Below are positions 60,007 to 64,000 of a DNA stretch of 64,000 nucleotides, piece after piece. The stretch covers positions 8,308,001 through 8,372,000 of the forward strand of contig CM022679.1 in assembly GCA_012295275.1 (NCBI GenBank), read 5' to 3'. Below the pieces are notes generated by a model that searched no databases, was not told where the DNA came from, and saw nothing but the letters and a program-made list of their open reading frames with translations. The translations under genes and the position numbers were made by a program. Each line of letters opens with the position of its first letter. Within the stretch, counting starts at the first letter, position 1. This DNA is from Chrysomallon squamiferum. Taxonomy: Eukaryota; Animalia; Mollusca.

Positions 60007-62302
60007 GATATGTATGGAGGGAGAGTTGATTCACAGAGGAATAAATCCTGTCCATGTTGATTCAGAAAGTGTCTTGACTTAGAAAAACAGGATGTTTCAG
60101 AGCTTGTGGGTTTTACCATTGAAAAGTCAAAAATCACTTTTCTAATTAAATACACATAAAGTATCACTGCGTATCAGCCAAGCTGCTTGAAGACCAATAT
60201 ACATCTATATCAGTTTTGGAATTTAATACCTTTTTTTTTTTTTCTTCTTTTTCTTTTATTTAAAATTAACTATTAATATTCACAGTATATATTGTATCCA
60301 TTTTAAATAAATTGACTAAAATGACTGAACACTTGCACATGGCACTGCATAACGTTAAGAATTTCAATTTAGATCTGATTACAGTTCAAACCAATTAATT
60401 ATGATTTCAGTTTGAATGATAGCATTTCAACCCCCATTTCATAGTTGGTAGAAAAAAAATCATTGTTTTAATCATTAATTATGCCATCAAAGATTGTTGT
60501 AAAATAGCATACATATTTTATAATAGTTGCAAAATAATGCAAGTATATCACCCAGTGGAAAAATGCTGCTATAATTTTTCATTTTCTCCTTAAAGATTCA
60601 TAAATTAACATTTGAAGTCAGCCCATTGAGCTTGACAAATGTATGTTTATAATACCAGTGTAAATAAACAGCACTGGGCCTCATAGTCCTAACACTAATC
60701 TTGTTGTAGAAATGTCCAAATAATCCTAACATTGCTATGTATGTAGAAATCACTGATAAAACTACCAAAAATCTCCATGCAGAATGTCCAAATAATTCTT
60801 ACATTAATCTCTCCGTAGAATATTGAGATAATCCTAAAATTAACATCCCACAAAAGAATGTCAGATATGAATGTCAGTCATTTTGTTTACTCTGTTACAG
60901 ACATCTTCAGTGAATATATCAAGTAAGAAAATGACGCTATTCTCAATAACCATTACTCTATCTTGTTCACAGGCACAAGCACTCTAAACAACTTGCCCAG
61001 TTCTCTCTATCTCTCTAGGGGTGGCACAAAGATCACTGTGTTTTGACATGTTCCTATAGATCTCGGTGTTATGAGTCAATAAAAATCTTTTATGATTTGT
61101 TGCTCTGATAATTCGGTAGCCAGGCTTTCTGGTGTTTTTCTCATCACTTAGAGAAAAGGAAATTTTTTTAAAAAAAGGCCGGTTCCTTTGATGGCCAGTT
61201 TTTCCTGATTGCTTTTGCAGTGTTTTTATGACAAAACAAAAGCGTTTGTTGGAAAATTGTTAGTTAAATTCATGTTTTCTTAGCTAACAAAATACAGTTG
61301 TAACTTTACGACATTTTGATAACACTCTCCTCCTAAGATGTTTTCTTTGTTTCTGCTAGATGGTTTTATTTTATTTTTTTATATCCGGACTTAATTTCTT
61401 GTGGTTGGGTGAATGCTTTATTGGTATATGTGTGCAGTGTCCATTATTAGGAAAGAATGTAGAGATTAATATTAAATTATAGGCAGCTGGAAGACCCCTG
61501 GTGGTGAAAAACAGTAATTTTCTATTTGTTCTTGCGGTGGTCATCTGGTTTAATGTTCAGCAAACATTAGTGACAAATAATTGCCTGTATTCAACAAAGT
61601 TATCAGCATTGTCTATTATACATTCAGTATCTGGTGAACATATATTAAATAGCCTATCAATAATCTCTTCTCTCTCCCTCTCTCTCTCTGTCTCTGTCTC
61701 TCTCTCTCTCTCCCTTTCTCTCTCCCTCTCCCTCTCTCTCTCTCTCTCTGTCTGTGTGTGTGTGTAGGCCTATTGTCAGATAAATACATAAACAATACAT
61801 AAATTAAACTGCTCTGGAAGTAAATTTACAGTGCTCTGTATTCTCTCTCTCTTGTGAGCATTGTTGCTTTTTTAAACAGTTTTTGTAGAGTTTCATCTTA
61901 AAAAGAGGGTGAGAAAGAAAAGGATGCAAGGAATGTGTGAAATCAATTATCTGTTACCTGAACAGAACTGAAAAAAGTTCCAAGTTTGACACAAACACGC
62001 ATCTGTAATTATGTAAATATATTTGATTTATATTATTTTATGCCAAATTTGTTTAAAAAAAAAAAAACCTCACCCAAAGCATCAACAAGAATGCCGTCAA
62101 ACCTTAACTGTGTGAAGTTTATAGCTAGTTTAATATTTTACTGTGTATTATCTGAGCATTGTAAATGGGTTTGCAACACAAACAGTGTCTTAGGTTTCTT
62201 CATAACTTTTCAGAATTGTACGTTAGCAGATGTTATTAGTAACTGTAGAAACTGGGAAAAATTTCATTCATTATTAGTGAATTTTAATAATTATCTCTTC
62301 AG

Positions 62303-62340
<38 letters not shown>

Positions 62341-62658
62341 ATCCCTCCCCTTCCAAAAATACCCCTACCATAATAAATATTTCTTTGAAAATAAAGTTAA
62401 TTAAAATAGATAAATAAAATTTGGAGCTACAAATACATTCAGGTTAGGGTGTTAAAAAGTCATTAAATGGTAGCCATTTAATACAGACACACTTCAAAGG
62501 CAACACCAGAAAAGCCAGTTTTAATTGAATACACATCCCAGGAATTTTTATAAAAATCATAAAATGTTGGGGTTTTTTTTTGGGGGGGTTTTTTTTTTTT
62601 CTTTCTCAAAATCTCGAATTGTTGAAGATATAAATCAGGTATTCTTTCTCAAATATTT

Positions 62659-62689
<31 letters not shown>

Positions 62690-62950
62690 TTTTTTAATTC
62701 AACACACACATAAATATATATGTATGTATAATTTATTTTTTCTACTCCCCATACTTATCTTTTCAAAATGATCGATACTTAGATTATTGTTGAATGTTTT
62801 ACTTGAATCAAATTATGATGATGATTATTTTGACACAAATGATTAATGTATAAAAAAAAAGAGTAAATAATTTATCATCTGCCGTTAAACTTCAACAGAA
62901 CAAAAAAAAAATAATAATAAAAAAAAAAATAATATAATATATAAATAAAA

Positions 62951-63003
<53 letters not shown>

Positions 63004-64000
63004 TAATAATAAATAAGTGAAAAAAGAAGAAAAATAATCTTATAACTGAAGGTGTTCAGTTACATAATTTGTTATAAAGCAATAAACTGTTGTTGAAAGT
63101 TTACACATTGAAGATATAAAGTATAAAATTAACTTAATAAAATGCTCTGACTACATGCATGTGGGATGAAATATCAGATCTTGGATTAAGTTGAGCTTTT
63201 GTTTGACACATCTGTTGTAGTGATGAACAAAGCTTTCTGTATGCTTTACAGTTCCAAATTACATATTAATAATAATACCATAATATCACTGAAAGTTAAT
63301 ATCCTAAACATGGTAGAGCCAAAAATAGAATTATAATGATAATATGATAAACGTAAATAATACATTATTGCTGTTGTTGTTAAATAATTATTAGTGAACA
63401 AATATAATAATAATAATGAAAGATTAATTAAAAAATAAATATATATATATAAGGAAAATTTAATTTAAAAAAGTTAATATAAAGAATGAAAAATAAATCT
63501 ACAAAAATAGTTTTAAAATGTTATTGCAGATGATTGTATCAGTCTTGAGTTATAAAAACTGATTTTATTGAATACAACTGTTCAAAATAGAAATAAAGTT
63601 TTTATAAAAAGTGAAACATTTGTACAGCAATGAGCTGTTTTAACGAATGTGTTTAAAAGTGTTTTGTGGAGTTACTTAGAACATTTGGCAGACAGCTTCA
63701 TAAATCAGATCCTTCTAATAAATGTTAACTATTTAAAAGTATATTCATTTTTCTTTCATATTTAGATATTTAGGTTTCTCTTATCCACAGATTTGTCTGA
63801 TAAATAGCTCAGGAAAAAAATAAAATAAATAAAAGTAATTAATAAATTTAAAATGTTTTTTTTTTTTTTAAATATTAAAATATATATATAAAATAATAAT
63901 AATAATGATAAGTAATAACTTATAACTCCAGAAAACTTTTTAAAAATTAAAAAAATTAAAATAAATACAAAATAAAATAAAAATAATATTTAGAAGTCAG

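Noticed and set aside
59765-60167. Possible STOX exon 3
   Set aside because: No GYFxVTP-like continuation of the winged helix was found here or elsewhere in 54083-64000; the exon presumably lies beyond the window

Overview
Very AT-rich, microsatellite-dense eukaryotic (animal) genomic DNA. The dispersed repeats resemble those I associate with gastropod molluscs, but that assignment is inference. Three spliced genes can be reconstructed by hand. (1) A TspanC8/TSPAN15-like tetraspanin on the minus strand: exons 19034-18891, 4148-3962 and 1425-1351, continuing off the left edge, with a +1 frameshift in exon 2. (2) Head-to-head with it, 1 kb away across a CLEAR/M-box-rich promoter, a complete 28-exon, ~1042-aa signal-peptide-bearing saposin-like polyprotein at 20043-39755 (+). 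It has nine 6-Cys SapB domains, one naturally truncated 4-Cys 'mini-saposin', an EVKPVE repeat spacer, a furin-type site and no SapA domains. (3) A storkhead-box (STOX) gene on the plus strand: exons 43006-43381 and 53852-54082, continuing off the right edge, with an overlapping uORF and a candidate alternative first exon. At six places, intronic tandem repeats are anchored on splice junctions and copy the splice signal. Most entries in the ORF track are microsatellite artefacts.
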